Source: Okamejei kenojei (Eukaryota). From it: a DNA stretch of 64,000 nucleotides. Position 1 is the first letter of the stretch; every line of letters starts with the position of its first letter. Positions 15,201-30,200 of the stretch are shown one piece after another. The stretch is taken from positions 76,756,001 to 76,820,000 of the forward strand of contig CM069137.1 of the NCBI GenBank assembly GCA_035221665.1, read 5' to 3'. The notes below the pieces were generated by a model, which was not told where the DNA came from, searched no databases, and saw nothing but the letters and a program-made list of their open reading frames with translations. The translations under genes and the position numbers were made by a program.

Positions 15201-18200
15201 GGTGCTAAACCCATTACTTTGAAACTGGTTTTCTTCAAATCTTGCATCACTCTGCCCCAGGATTTCCTGTCTGCTTCACGCTTTTCCAAAATATAGTGAG
15301 TTACTGGACTACCACCATCATTGTCAGGCGGTGACCATGACAACTGGCATCCTGTTTTTGTAATATCGGAGGCATCGAAGTCAGAGACCGGCCCAGGTGT
15401 ATCTGGAAGTGATTAAAACAAAATATCGATATAAGCTAAAACAAAATAATAGTACACAGGACACCATTAAGCTGATCAAATCTATGTTGTCAAGTCGGAG
15501 CAAGTCACTGCCCAACTCGTCTCCTATTTTGCTAAAATATTTTTCTGCTTCATCTAATTCTGCTTTGAAAGCCGCTATTGAATCTGTTTCCACTATCAAG
15601 CAGCACAATCCAAATCCTCATCACTTGAATAATAAAAATATTTTTTCTTGTGTTCTTTTTCTAGTTAATCACATTTAGTCTGTGGTTTCAAATATTTATC
15701 TGTTGTCAATTGTTTTTCTTTATTTACTCTACATGAATCTTTCCTGAAGTTAAGCTTTCTCAATGTTCTCTGCCTTAGTTGAACCATTAGAACATGACTG
15801 AAATATGGAATATTTACAAAATGTACTGCAATAACATATCTGACAGAACCTTCGAAACATGTGACTTCACGCAGGAACATTGCCACCTGTATGTTCCTCT
15901 CCAAGTCATACATCACCCTGACTTGGGAATGTATCCTTCACCATTACTTGGTCTAAATCCAACCCTTGAGAATTGCAGCTGTTCAAGAAGGTAGCTAATT
16001 CACGGCCCTTTCAAGGCTACATAGGGATTGGTATTAAGTACTAGCCTTGCCAGCAATATTCACATCCCAATGAACATTGAAAAAAATCTAGTCAAGCTAT
16101 ATAAATTTCAGTAATTGGTTTCCGTATATTTCCAAAACCACCATATAGGAAAGATACTATTGTGCTGGAAAGAGCGTGGACACGATTTTACAAGGATTTC
16201 GCCAAGACTCAAGAGCCTGGCGGATAGGGAAAGGTTGGGCGAGCTTGGACTTTATACTTTGGAATGCAGGAGGTTGAGTGATGATCTTATAGAGGTGCAT
16301 AAAATCATGAGGAAAATATATATTTTGAATGCAGAGTATTTTCCCCAGGTCAGGGAATCAAGAACATGCTTAAGTTGTAAGAGAAAATATTAAACTTTTT
16401 CACACGGAGTGTGATGGATGTATGGAATGAGCTATCAGAAAATGTAGTTGAAGCAAGTACAATAACAATATTTAAAATACATTTGGACAGTTACATGGAT
16501 AGGAAAGCTTTAGAGGGATATAGGCCAAATGCGAGGAAATTAAACTAGTTTAGATGGGGCATCTTGGTTGGTATGGATGAGTTAGACCGAAGGGCCTGAT
16601 TCTATGCTACATGACTCAACAGGTGTGGTGTCTAGAATTTAATGTATTATTTGAGTTGAGGCTAAATTAGTGCTTTTCCAGGACCTGCATAACTTATTGC
16701 CTTTTGTGTGTTGTTCTGGGGCCAAATTAATATTTACCCAGAAATTTAGGCACATATATTAATGTGTACCAGATGCAACTAAAATTACGTGCCAAACATT
16801 GATTTGATTATTACTCCACTGTATAAAACTACAGTGAACCTAAGGCTAAGGCTCCGGCGCCTGAGCTAGGAAGATGGTTTCTCATTAGCTCAAAGCAATA
16901 CAAGGGAAATAATAGATCAGGTGAATAATTGATGAGGATTGGTTAGGGTGTGTTACAGCACTTTTTTGAAAAAATGCAGTTCCATAACTGACAAAAAATT
17001 GTTATGCAATTGAATTTCTGGGCTTGTGTTTTATTGGATCAGACTGTCTTCAGCTCCCAACTTCAGAGAAAACATTCAATGAACGATGTTACGGCACCGA
17101 TGAATGATTTTTTCATTGTAGCGCTTCAGCATGAAAGGAACTGGAGGTTCACGCCACTGCATCTTACTCTCAGAACTGAGTCTAGGGGCAGAACCTAGGA
17201 GCAGTTAAATTAACTAGCCTGCCATTTTCAGGTTTATCCTACAAGGATGAAACATTTACATGATTCCAGTTCTGTGGTATCTCCCATCCTTAGGAGAATT
17301 GAAAAAAAATGGCATCTCTACAGTACCTACATTTACTTTCCATAGGAATCGGGGATGCATCTTATTTAACTAGAGAGATAGACAACTATAATTGTCTATC
17401 TCTCTAGTGCCTTCTCTTTATCGTTTTCAAAATGTCATTCAATATCCTGACGATGCCTTTGTCAAAGTATTTCTATTGGTAACTACCAATGCCAAGTAAT
17501 TAATTAGTCCCTCAGCCAATTTTTTTTTCTTTCATTTAATCCTCTGATACTTATTGTTAATGTGCCCTAAAGCAATTTTTCATTCCCTTTTATCTTAGCT
17601 GTCAATCTATTCTTGAGTCTGAAGAAAGGTCTCGACCCTAAACATCACCTATCCATTTCCTTTAGAGATGCTGCCTGACCCTCTGAGTTACTCCAGCATT
17701 TTGTGTCATTCTTTGGTATAAACCAGCATCTAGAGTTTATTTTTACTATAATCTATTGTTACACTTTCTTTTCATCCTTCTTATTTCTTGCTATACGACG
17801 CCTGTATTTTCTATTTAAAGCCTGAATAAAACTGACACGTCAGACCCATTTTTCTACTTCATCATACTGTCTAAATACGTTAACCAGTAAGCTCAGCATT
17901 AGTTCTTTTTGTAATTTCCTTTATGATAATCTACCCATACTGCTATTAAATAATTTCCATTAATGTGGCAACATTACATTTTGGCCTGTCAACATGAAAC
18001 TCTAATTTGCCTGGGCATTTTCTCCTCAGTTTTCTGGAGCATCTCATGTCTATTACAACTCGAATCTTATACTACAATGACCAATATTTGAGATAATCTC
18101 TCAATACAGTATTCTCCATTTGACCCATTTCATTACCCAAGACTAGATCCAGCAAAGTATCCGTCCTCTTGGGACAAGAAATATAGTAATCAAATAATTT

Positions 18201-21200
18201 ATCCTTAACGTATCAATAAATCTACCCCATGATCAAATTGAATTTGGAAAACAGAACACAAAAAAAAATGTACTCACCCAGAACTTTAACATTCACAAAC
18301 ACAGCCTTTTCACCTGCTGCATTTACAAGTGTCAATGAATATTTTCCAGATTCATCACGAGTACTATCAGGAATGACAAGGAAAGTCATTGTGTCCAGCA
18401 GGTCTACTCGACCCTTTCGAACAACGTTGTCGATTCCAATTCTCCTCCAGGTAACCTTAGGTGCTGGTCGGCCTCTGATGGTGGCAAACAATCTGATAGG
18501 ACATCCTGCTCTGACAGTTAAAACCTTTCTCAGGCTTGCATCCAAATCAATTTCTGGAGGTTCTGAAAGAGATCGATTTTGTGAAAGAAATTACTTCCTT
18601 GGTGAAAGAAATGTTATCACATTAAACATATCTCCATATGTACATACAAATATATGTACATTGTAATGATAAAAAAGGCCAAAAGTACACATACCTAAAA
18701 TCTCCTTTGGAAATACTGCTTCTTTAAGTTCAGCAGGGCGACCAATTCCGACTTGATTCTGTGCAGAGACCTTAAATTCGTATTCCTGTTTCTCATTAAG
18801 GCTGCTCGAAGTAAACTGAGTTACACCTAGCTGAGCTGCAACATTACATCTTGTCCATCCTTCTTCAGGAGACTTACTGACACCCTTTGGTCTCATTTCA
18901 ACAACGTACCCAGTGACAAGAGAACCACCATCATATATAGGCTTTGTCCAGCCAAGAGTAATGGAGGTCTTTGTACTATCGATTACCTTAAGGTCACTTG
19001 GTGGACCAGGTGGTTCTGTGTACAGAACAAACAGAAAATAAATTGAGAATGTCAAGTGTTTTATGGGAAAAAACAAATTGAAAAAACAAATATTAAATTA
19101 GTGATAAAAATATATATACCCATAGGATCCTTTGCTAATATTGGTCTTGAAGGTGGGCTTGGTTCTCCTAATCCAACTTCATTTTCAGCTTTGACACGGA
19201 ACTGGTATTCATGTCCAGGAACCAGATTTGTAACTTTCATTCGCCTTTCTGGGATTGGAGACTTGGTGACAGCCACCCATCTAACAGATCTTTTTTCTTT
19301 CTTCTCCAATATGTATCCTCTAATTGATTTTCCACCATCATCTTCTGGTGGATTCCAATGAACAGTCATTTCATCCTTGCTGACTTTAGTGATCTCTGGA
19401 GCATCAGGTGGGCCAGGTCTACTAAACTGTGTCTTGGTTACAATTGGCTTAGTTTCTGCTGGTGGACCTGTACCTATTTTGTTTTCTGCACGTACTCTGA
19501 AGAGGTATTCATTTCCTTCAATCAGACGAGTGACATTTGCATAATCATTAATAATTGATGTTGAAAATATAGACCAAACCATTCTTTTGCTTTCACATTT
19601 TTCTATAACATAGTTTTGAATTTCACAACCACCATCATCTTCTGGGGGGTCCCAGCTGACTTTACACCTGTCACTTGCAATGCCAGATACTTTCAGATTT
19701 CTGACTTCACTCGGTACATCCAAAACATTCACAGTAGCATACGCTGTAAAGGAACCAGCTGGATTGGTTGCAGTGATTGTATATTTTCCACTGTTCTCTC
19801 GCTTAGATTTAATTACGGTTAGTTTGCATGCATCAGCAGTCGTTTCGATCTTAATGCGAGGTGATCGGCTAAGATCAATTGCATCTTTATCTTTTACCCA
19901 AACAACTTCTGGTTGAGGTTTGCCTCTCAGAGCAGCCTCAATTCTGAAAGTTTCACCTGCTTTCACAGTTAATATTCCAGTGAGTTTTAGTTCTAAGACT
20001 GGTTTTTGCATTTCTAGTTTGACAATAATATAATCAGTTTTCACCCAATTGCTTTCACCGCCTTCGTTCTTGGCTTGAACTCTAAACTGGTAAGTCTGGT
20101 TCTCAATACATCTGTCAACCATGAAATTTGTCTCTTTAATACTTCCTTTGTGCATTCTTTCCCATTCATTTGAGTCCTTTAACATCCTTTCAATATGATA
20201 GGACAGGTTAGGACTACCACCATCATAATCGGGTTTCCTCCATTTAAGTAGGACAAACGTTTTTCCTACATCAGCAACATGAAAGTTTTCTGGTTCCCCA
20301 GGTTTTTCAACGGGATCAATGGCTAAGATTGGCGTTTTAGTTTCAATTGTTGGTCCTAATCCAACTTTGTTTTCTGCACATATGCGGAAGAAGTACTCAT
20401 GATTTGATGTAAGTTGAACCTTGACTATGCGTTTCGTCAAATCAGATGAGATCAATGACCATCCTCTCTGGTTGGGTTGACGGGATTCTGCTATGTAGTT
20501 AGTAATTTCTGAGCCTCCATTATCATCTGGATTATCCCAGGAAAGCATACAGGAATCTTTGGTGACATAGCTTGTCCTGATATTCTTACAAGGGCCTGGT
20601 CTATCAAGGACATTGACAGTAACAGCAGCTTGCACTTGTCCACTATTATTTTTAGCAACAATATGGTATTTACCATGATCTTCTCTGGTTGCCTCTTTAA
20701 TAAAGAGCTGTATAACAGGATAGTCATTATGAATCTCTACACGTTTGCCTGCAACAAATACCTTGCCTTCTTTTGACCATGTAATTTCTGGATCTGGTCG
20801 GCCTTTGACACGTCCTTTTAGCACAATAGTTTGTCCAACACGAAATGTGATTAGATCACGACAAACAATATCAAGTTCCAGCTCCGGTGGATATAGAATA
20901 TCTTTTGCAATAACAGATTCTGGCAGCTCCCTTGGTTCACCTTCATCAATAACATTGGCGGCCTTTATACGGAATCTGTATTCATTTCCTTCAATGAGGC
21001 CGGGTACTCTATAAGCACACTGTGCGATCAGATCGTCCTTGTTAATTCTATTCCATTTTGTTGTGTCTGATTTCTGACATTCTACAATGTATCCTAAGAT
21101 TGGGCTTCCTCCATCATTGGTGGGCTTTGTCCAGACTAAGTCAACAGTTTCTCTTGATTTGTCTTTCAGTTTAGGATTGATTGGTGGTCCGGGTGGCCTT

Positions 21201-24200
21201 AGTGGACGAATTGCCGAGACTGAATCAGAGATCGGTGACGGTTTGCTTAGACCAGCAATATTTTCTGCAAATATTCTGAATTCATATGAATTACCTTCAA
21301 AAAGTCCGACGGTTCTCAATTTTAGATCTAAAATTGCAGTCTTATTCACTCGGATCCATTTACCATTTTTTTCTCTGCGCTCCATTATGTAACCAATAAT
21401 TGGACTTCCACCATCATACTTTGGTATACCCCAAGAAACTGTTACTGCATTTTCTGTGATATCATAAGTAGCTGGCTTAGTAGGTGGTCCTGGAACATCA
21501 AACATGTACTTAGCTACGGTTGGTTTAGACTCTAATGGTTCACCAATACCAATTTTGTTTTCTGCTCGAACACGCATAATATATTCACAGCCTTTTTGGA
21601 GACGTGGAATTTTAGCTTGGGTACTTGTACCTCCAGAGCTAACAATACCCCAGGTTTCCTTCTTAGTTTCTCGTTTCTCAACAATATAATTCATAACAGG
21701 ACTTCCACCATCATCCTTAGGTGGACGCCAAGAAATGATCATGTGCTGCGGTGTTACTTCAAGAATATTGGTTGGACCAACTGGAGGGCCTGGAATATCC
21801 AGAACTATCAAGTGTAGAGCCACCGACTTACTACCAGCTGGATTGGACACAGTAAGTACATATTCACCACTATGTTTTCTGGTGCAATCCTTAATTGTTA
21901 GGACGGTAGAGTGGTCGTCAGTATCAATCTTGTAATTGCCTTCAGATTTAAGTTCAGTACCATCAGTGACCCACTTCACTGATGGAGTAGGAATGCCTCT
22001 CATTAAAGCAGGAAGTCTGACTGTGCTACCAGCTTTCACAACAAGACCTTCAATCAAACTTACATCAACATCCAACGAGGGTGACACTGTAATACAAAAG
22101 CATGTGAATCAGTATATGTGATGGGAGTGCCGATGAATTAAAGAATAAAAGCAATGGAAAGAACAAAGAAAGCAAGCAACCAACCAACCTAATTTCTCTT
22201 GGCATAGTACAGGCACAGTTGTATCTGGACGGCTAAGCCCGGCAGCATTTTGAGCTTTAACACGGAATCTGTATGTCTTTCCCTGTTCTAATCCAGTTAC
22301 AACACATTCCGGTATAGTAACAGTTTTGAATTTATTCCAATCTTTTGCTCCTTCTTCCTGGTATTCAACTAAAAATCCTGTAATTTCCGAACCCCCATCA
22401 CGATCTGGGTAATTCCAAATAATTCCAACCTCAGTCTTGTCCACATCAACATGGTGTAAGTTCTTAGGTGGGCCAGGAGGAGCTATAAATATAACAGAAC
22501 CAGATTAGTTGAACCCTGCGGATATAATTATTATGAGCTTTCATACGAAAGTCTCAGCAAATGACAACTTACATGTTGGATCAATCGCCTTTATCGGCTT
22601 TGTTGATTCAATAAAGCTGCTTCTACCATACTGATTTTCAGCAGCCACACGGAACAAATACTGGGTGCCTTCCATTAGGTACTTAGCCATAATGCTGTGC
22701 TTTTTGGTTGTAGATGATATAGGGATCCATTGAGGTGATGACACGTCTCGTTTTTCAATTATATAGTTAGAGATAACAGCACCACCATTGTCTTCTGGTT
22801 CTTTCCATGTCAGATAGCAGGAATCACTTCTAACTTCACTAATATTTAAGTTACGTGGTGGACCAGGTTTATCTGAAAATGATGAACAGTTTCCTATTAT
22901 TTTCATTACTGGACAAAACAAGTTGATTAAAATTGTTCCAATAAGTCTCACGTTCCATTCATTTTACCTAATATAGTAACAATACAAGCAGCACTCTTGC
23001 TTCCAGCTTCATTTTCAACAGTTAACGAATAACATCCACTGTCATCTCTGATGGTATTAAGAATTTCAAGCTTGCTGCTGACTGCGGTACGTTCAATATC
23101 AGCTTTAAGTGGTACTTCCTTGTCGTTCTTTTTCCATGCAACCTTTGGAATCGGCATTCCTTTGATGGTTGCACTGAGGGTTAAAATGGTCCCTGCTTTT
23201 ATGTTTATAGCTCGAGTCATGTTGGCATCTACAAATAATTCAGGAGCCTCTGTAAAGGAAATAAGAAAGTTTTACGTGTACACAGTAATAGCACACATTA
23301 GGATTAATAGCAAAACTTTTTAATGTGGAATGATTCACATGGCAATCATATAAATCACTTACCAAGTCTGTCCTTTGCTTGAACAGGATCATGAACATAA
23401 GCTGGATCTGATTCACCAGCTTGATTGACTGCTAGAATCCGGAATTTGTACGTATCACCTTCAGTGACACCTGACACCTTAAAATTAGTGTCAGGACAAG
23501 AATCTGGCGTTTGATTGGCTTTCTTCCACTCTTCATCACCAACTTTCTGGTATTCCACTAAATATCCCAGTATTTTGCCTCCACCATTATGGCGAGGAGG
23601 TTGCCAAGATAAATCGATGGTAGATTTAGTTTTGTCTACTGCTTGAGGAGTAATAGGTGGGCTTGGCTTAACTGAATGAAGAGTAAAAGAGTGGTCATAA
23701 TAAGTCTTGCAAATACATCACATGATTGTTTCAAAGAAAAGAAAGACATGGCGATAAATTGTATGTACCTATTGGATCTTTTGCAAAGAAGGGTTTAGAT
23801 GGTGGGCTCGGATCACCAACTCCGATTTCATTTTCTGCTGACACACGGAATTCGTATTCACAGCCTTCAAGGAGATCAGTCACAGTGAACTGAGTATCTG
23901 GGTAAATTGGCTCTTTGGATACTTTCAACCAGCGATGGGACATAGTTTCTTTCTTTTCTACAATGTATTTAATGATAGGCTTGCCACCATCCCGTGGTCT
24001 ATTCCAAACCACCAGAGCAGAATCTTTCTTAATATTTTTTACAACTGGTTGTTCTGGTGCTTCTGGAACCCCTGCAGAGGAAAAAAATAAATTAATTAAT
24101 AAACAGGATTCCTTACTGCTACACACATTAATAATAGAGGGGACAAGACACACTTGCTATTATCACACGTAAATAACATTTTATTTTAATAGAAATTGCC

Positions 24201-27200
24201 ATAATCCAGATAACAAAAGTTAAAAACACACCAGACTTTTAATTTGTTTTTCTTAGAACATAGAACAGTACAGCACAGCAACAGACACTTCAGCTCACAA
24301 TGTCTGGGCCGAACAATGTCAAGTTAAAATAATCCTCTCTGCCCACATGTGATCCATAACCCTCCATATCCATGTGCCCATTTAAAAGCCTCTTAAATCC
24401 TAGTATTGTATTCCACCACCAACCCTGGCAGTGCATTCCAGACATCCACCACTCTGTGAAAAAAAGTCTAAATCAGGCAGCATTCTGATAAACCTCCTCT
24501 GCATCCTTTCCAAAGCCTCCACATCCTTCATATAATGAAGACCAAATCTGCACATAGTGCTCCAAATGTAGCCTAATCAAAGTTTTATAAAGCTGTAACT
24601 CGACTTCTGACTGTTACACTTAATGTCCTAACTGATGAAGGCAAGCATAACTTCTCTATCACTCTATCTACTTATGTTGTCACTTTCAGGAGGTTATGGA
24701 CTTTGGTATTGCTATTGATATAGGTTTATTATCAACACCTGTACCTAGAGACAGTGATTTATTTTTGCATGCTATTCAGTCAAATCAAATCATACTAAAC
24801 ATGAGTACAATCAAGTCATACACAAGTATAACAGCAAGTGCAAAGAGCAAAATATCAGACTTTGACCCCAAGATCCCTTAGTACATCAATGCTAATAGAA
24901 AAAGAAATGGTAAATGGAGTTTAAATCAAGCAAGCAATATCTCATGCTTGCTTGATTTAAACTCCATTTACCATTTCTTTTTCTATTCATGTAATTGATC
25001 TATATCCTTCTGTATCCTTTGACAACCTTCACCAATTTTAGTGTCATCTGCAAATTTAATAAATAGCCTATCTACATTGATGTCCAATCCTTTATAAACA
25101 ACAGAGATCCCAGCACAGTTCCTTGGGGATCACTAGTGGTTATGGACTTCAAGGCAGAATAACATCCTTTCACTACTACCCTCTATCTTCGATGGGTAAG
25201 CTAGCCCATGCATTTTAACCTTCTGGATCAGTATTTGCTTTTTTTGTCTTCTGTTCTAATCTATTAGAAAATTATGATGTCTAGTACTTACTGTAACGAT
25301 CTTTAGCTTTAACTTCTTCTGAAAGCAATGGCTCACTGATTCCGTACATGTTTTCTGCATAGATACGAATAATATATTCTCGGCCCTCAATTAATTTTGG
25401 AACCTTGCAAGTTGTCTTTGTGGTTGATGAAGTAACAGTCATCCAGACCTCTCGGTTTGTATCTCTCTTTTCAACAATATAATTAGTGATTGCACTGCCT
25501 CCATCATCAAGTGGAGGATTCCAGGAAATATCCATGCTATCTCTGTGTACTTCATTGAAAACAACTGGACCAACTGGAGGTTGCGGACGATCTGTAAAGG
25601 GTAACATTTGGTTTAATCCTGCATTATAGTTCAATATTACAATAATTTAATCTGAAAAAGGTTAGAAATAGTTAACTTACCAACTACGATCAGTTGACAC
25701 AGACCCTTTCGTACCCCGGTGCTATTCTCCAAAGCCACACAGTATTTCCCTGAATCAGCACGAACACCTTTCAGAAATTTGAGGCATAGCTTTGATGGAG
25801 TTGTATCAATTTTTAAGCATTTTGTCTCTTCAACTGGTTCATTATCCTTAAACCAAGAAACTTTGGGTGTTGGTTTCCCTTTATACTTTCCTGTCAAGCT
25901 GAAAGATTCACCGACACGCACAATAAACTTGTCACGGAAATCCAATTCAAGTGTTGGTGGTTCTAAAAATAATAACACACTATTATTGCCATTTTGAAAA
26001 ATATAACGTGAATTTGGAATTTAGAACAATCTGGAATTAATCTTACCAAGCTGATCCTTGCAAGTTATTGGTTTTGTACAGAATGAAGGTTTGCCTTGTC
26101 CAACAGCATTTATTGCACTGGCGCGATACTCATACGTATCACCTTCTTTTAAGGCACTATGCGTAAACATTCGATCTAATAATTTCTCTTTAGTAACTTT
26201 GGTGAACTTCTCTTTACCAATTAAACGACTCTCAAGAATGTACATTGTAATGTCTGTGCCACCGTCATATTTTGGAGGCTTCCATTTCAAACTAACTGAT
26301 TGTTTTGTAACTGCTGTCACTTCAAGATCTTCAGGACGTTCAGGAACAGCTACAAGTTAGAAAAATAGAATATTTAGTGTATTCAGTGACTAAAATAGAT
26401 TTATTTGATATCTGAAAATGGGAAGTCTTGAAACTAAAAATGTTACTTACACATTGGCTCTTTAACTACAATTTCTTGTTTTGTTTGCACCCATGGGCCC
26501 ATGCCGATTATATTTTCGGCTGCAATTCTAAAAAAATAAGCATTTCCCATTATCAGACCCTGGACAACAGCATTCTGTCTAGTGACTGTGAATGAGACAG
26601 GTGACCAGCCACGACGTTCAACTTCACGCTTCTCGATAATATAATTGGTGATTGCAGAACCACCATCATCTTCTGGAAGGAACCATGTTAATTTGCAAGA
26701 ATCTCTTGTCAGGTTTTCACAGCGGAAAGGTTCACCAACTGGCCCAGGAACATCTGTAATTAAAATTAAAATATTTTTTCATGGTCTTAAAAAAACAAAA
26801 GATTGCGTTGTGCAAATTCAGTAAACAATATTTACCCAAAACTTCAACAATAATGGTTTTTCTTCTCTCGCCTCCTGCATTCTTAGCAATAAGATTGTAT
26901 ACTCCTTGATGCTTGCGCTGACAATTCTTTATAACAAGAGCAGAACTGATCACCGTGGTTTCAATTGCAGCTTCTTCTGGGATTGGCTTATCATCCTTTC
27001 CCCAAGAGATCTCTGGAGGTGGTTTGCCTGATACATATGCCAACATACGAATGACACCACCCGCATGCACCACAATTTTGTCTCTCATGCTGGCGTCTAA
27101 GTTAATATCTGGGAGAACTAGAATACAAAAGTACAATTTCAGATATTTAATATTGTCAAAGTGAGGTACTGAGATAAAAGAAATACAATTAATTTAAATA

Positions 27201-30200
27201 TATAAAATTCATTTTTTTCACCTGTTCTATCCTTGACTTCAATGGCATCAGAAACCTCTCCTGGATCACCAACACCAGCAGCATTTACTGCCCTTACCCT
27301 GAATCGGTACACGCTTCCCTCTTTCAATCCTGGAACAACGAACTTTGTGCCTCTAATTTCCTTGTCTTTAACCTGTAAAGAACCAGCAGAAAAGGTAAAT
27401 GCATAAGCCAAAATTGTGAAACATTGTTTCGGTTTCAATGAAAGCAGGCAAGCATCATTCTTCCATAATAGGTAAATGGCAGATGGAAGGATAAAACCTA
27501 GCTAACCTTTTAACGTTTTTTTCACATTGTTCTGACATTTCTGATTTTGTTTGAAGGATTTAATGAGGCTGGTGTTTAAAAGGTGCAGACTAAAGACTAC
27601 AATACACATTAAAACTAATTTTAGTCATTGTCCTCAAAAAGAACCATCTACAGGGATAAGTGGAGATATGATCAGTGGACCTTGATTCTGTGCCTTTGGA
27701 TATGGGAGGGGATAACAGAAGCAAAAGGTATAAGGAGGCCCAAAAAATGGTGAAAAAGTATTTTTGTTTCAAGGGCCTTTCAGAAGGTTGAATTTAAAGC
27801 TGATGTTCTCATACTAATGGCAAAACTGCCACTGCAAGCCTGAGAGGCTTAGGCTGCATTTTTGCTTTTACCATTGTTTTAAGACCAGGTCATTGGGCAA
27901 AATTGCATTGGCATTGAGACTGAACCATTTTAATGATTTGACCATCAATGTTTAGACACTCCAAGGAATGGACAGGCAGACTGTCATGGTTATGCTCAAC
28001 AGCTGCCTGGCATAGACAGAGTTAAGAACTGGACAGGAATGGGGCAAGTGGTGGTTTGGCCGGAGAAAGCGAAATTTAGATCACATCCATGTCTAAAAAA
28101 ATGTAATTCATTAATTTTAATTTACCTTCTCCCACTCTTCCTTTCCTTCCTCCTTAAATTCAACAAAATAGCCAGTGATTCTGGATCCACCGTCTTTTGT
28201 TGGTGGAGCCCATTCAAGATCTACAGTTGACCTAGTCCAGTCTGTCACCTTAGGAAACGGAGGACTAGGTGGTGCTGTTTTAAAAAAAGAAAAGTTATGC
28301 GCATCAGAAAGCTTAGGATTTAAAACTGGATTCATAAGACATTTAGTCATTAGTATTCAATATTTATTAATGTATTGCTATGTTTGCTTTACATTAATAA
28401 AAAGCACTGCTTGTAATATGGCCATGATTTTCTAAAGAGCTGCTAGCATTACAAAAGACAATTAGGTTCCATTTTCCATAGAATTGTTTAAACAGCTGCA
28501 AATGTGCTTCAATCTCCAGGAGAAATTGTGCATACAGTATATAAAAATCTTAAAATACCTATCAAAAATAAAATGCTCACCTATGGGATCTCTTGCCATT
28601 ATTGGGTCGGAAGGTATGCTTGGAGGCCCAACACCTGCTGCATTCATGGCAAACACACGGAACTGATAAAATGAGCCTTCTATGAGGTCAGTTACATGAT
28701 GGGATACGCCAAGTGGCATAATCCTAATTGGATCACGATTTACCCTGTTCCATCTCTTTCCACTGGTATCTTTACGCTCTAACCAGTAGCCAGTTACTGG
28801 AGAGCCACCATCATATTCTGGTTCTTCCCAATTGACTACCATGCTCTCACGTTTCACACTACCCACAGTTGGTTTGTCACAAGCTCCAGGTACAGCTGTT
28901 AAAAAAAAAGTTTTAATATACAAGGTATATTCTGGCAGTAATATTAAAGTCAAATTTTGAAAATTTTACTTTATAAGATTATATTTGTTAATGAGTGAAC
29001 ACAATTAGACACCCTGCAATTGTTTTTTTAAATTCGAACAGAAATACCACTAAACTGAGAACTTAGAAAATACCACTAAACAATTTTACAAGTCCAGAAA
29101 ATTGGATAATATTGGATATACATATAATGTTATCAAGATCAAACTATAGAAAATGTAGGAAAAATTATTTCAATACATACTAAACAAATTTCTTGCTGTC
29201 TCCGGTTCGCTGTCAAGTGGTTCACCAATACCATATTTATTCTGAGCCATAATGCGGAATACATATTCGTGTCCTTCCAATAATTTGGGGACTTCACACA
29301 TGCACTCCTTAACATCGCTGGTAACTTGAATCCAAGACTTCCTACTTGCTTCTCTTTTCTGAATAACGTAGTTGGTGATCTTGGAGCCACCATCATCTTT
29401 TGGAGGTAGCCATGCAAGGGTCATTTTCTCCGCACTAATTCCCTCAAACTTAATTGGACCCAATGGAGGACCAGGGTGTCCTAATCAATAGGAAACAAAA
29501 ACTATAGTTTATAGTAAAATGACAGGAATGCATAAACAAAATGAAGAATTTATGGAAATAATATAAAAATTACCAAGAACATTGAGTCTCATTTCCTTAG
29601 AATCAGTTCCCAAGCTGTTTGTAGCAGTGAGAGTATAAAGACCAGTGTCCTTCCGAAGAGACTGATGAATAAGTAGAGTGCAACCATCCTCAGTCACAAT
29701 TTTGTTGACATGCTGATCGTATTCTACTTTAGATTTTTCTTCTGGTTTATTGACAGATGCTTTGTACCAAGTCAACGTTGGGAATGGTGTGCCCTTCACT
29801 TTGGCAATGATGTTAATGTCTGTATGCTGTTCTGCCTCTAAGAATTCTTTAAGTTCAATTGCAGGTGGACCTAGACGTGAAAATATTAATTGTGGTTTAG
29901 AAACATTTAAATTTTGAGTTCACTATATTTACATTGGTCTGTTATGATGTAATTATGTAAATACTTACATGTCTGGTCTTTCACAATTATAGGCCCAACA
30001 GAGTTACATGGTTTACTGGTGCCAGCCTCATTAACAGCTTTTACACGGAATTCATACTCTCCACCCTCAGTGAGATCTTCTACTGTAAACTTGGTTTCTT
30101 CCACATCACGTCTATTGCACTGTTTCCAGGATTCCTTCCTTTGTCCCGTTGGATCCACGGCAAGACTTTCAATAATGTAATGTGTTACTGGAGCCCCACC

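Larger units (their letters stand above)
24254..25230 (-). mobile_element. decayed CR1 LINE fragment with nested insertion and fold-back palindrome
   Basis: TAGAACATAGAAC tail; reverse strand of GTGTCATCTGCAAATTT reads KFADDT; ACCACTCTGTGAAAAAA 3' motif. Confidence 0.8.
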
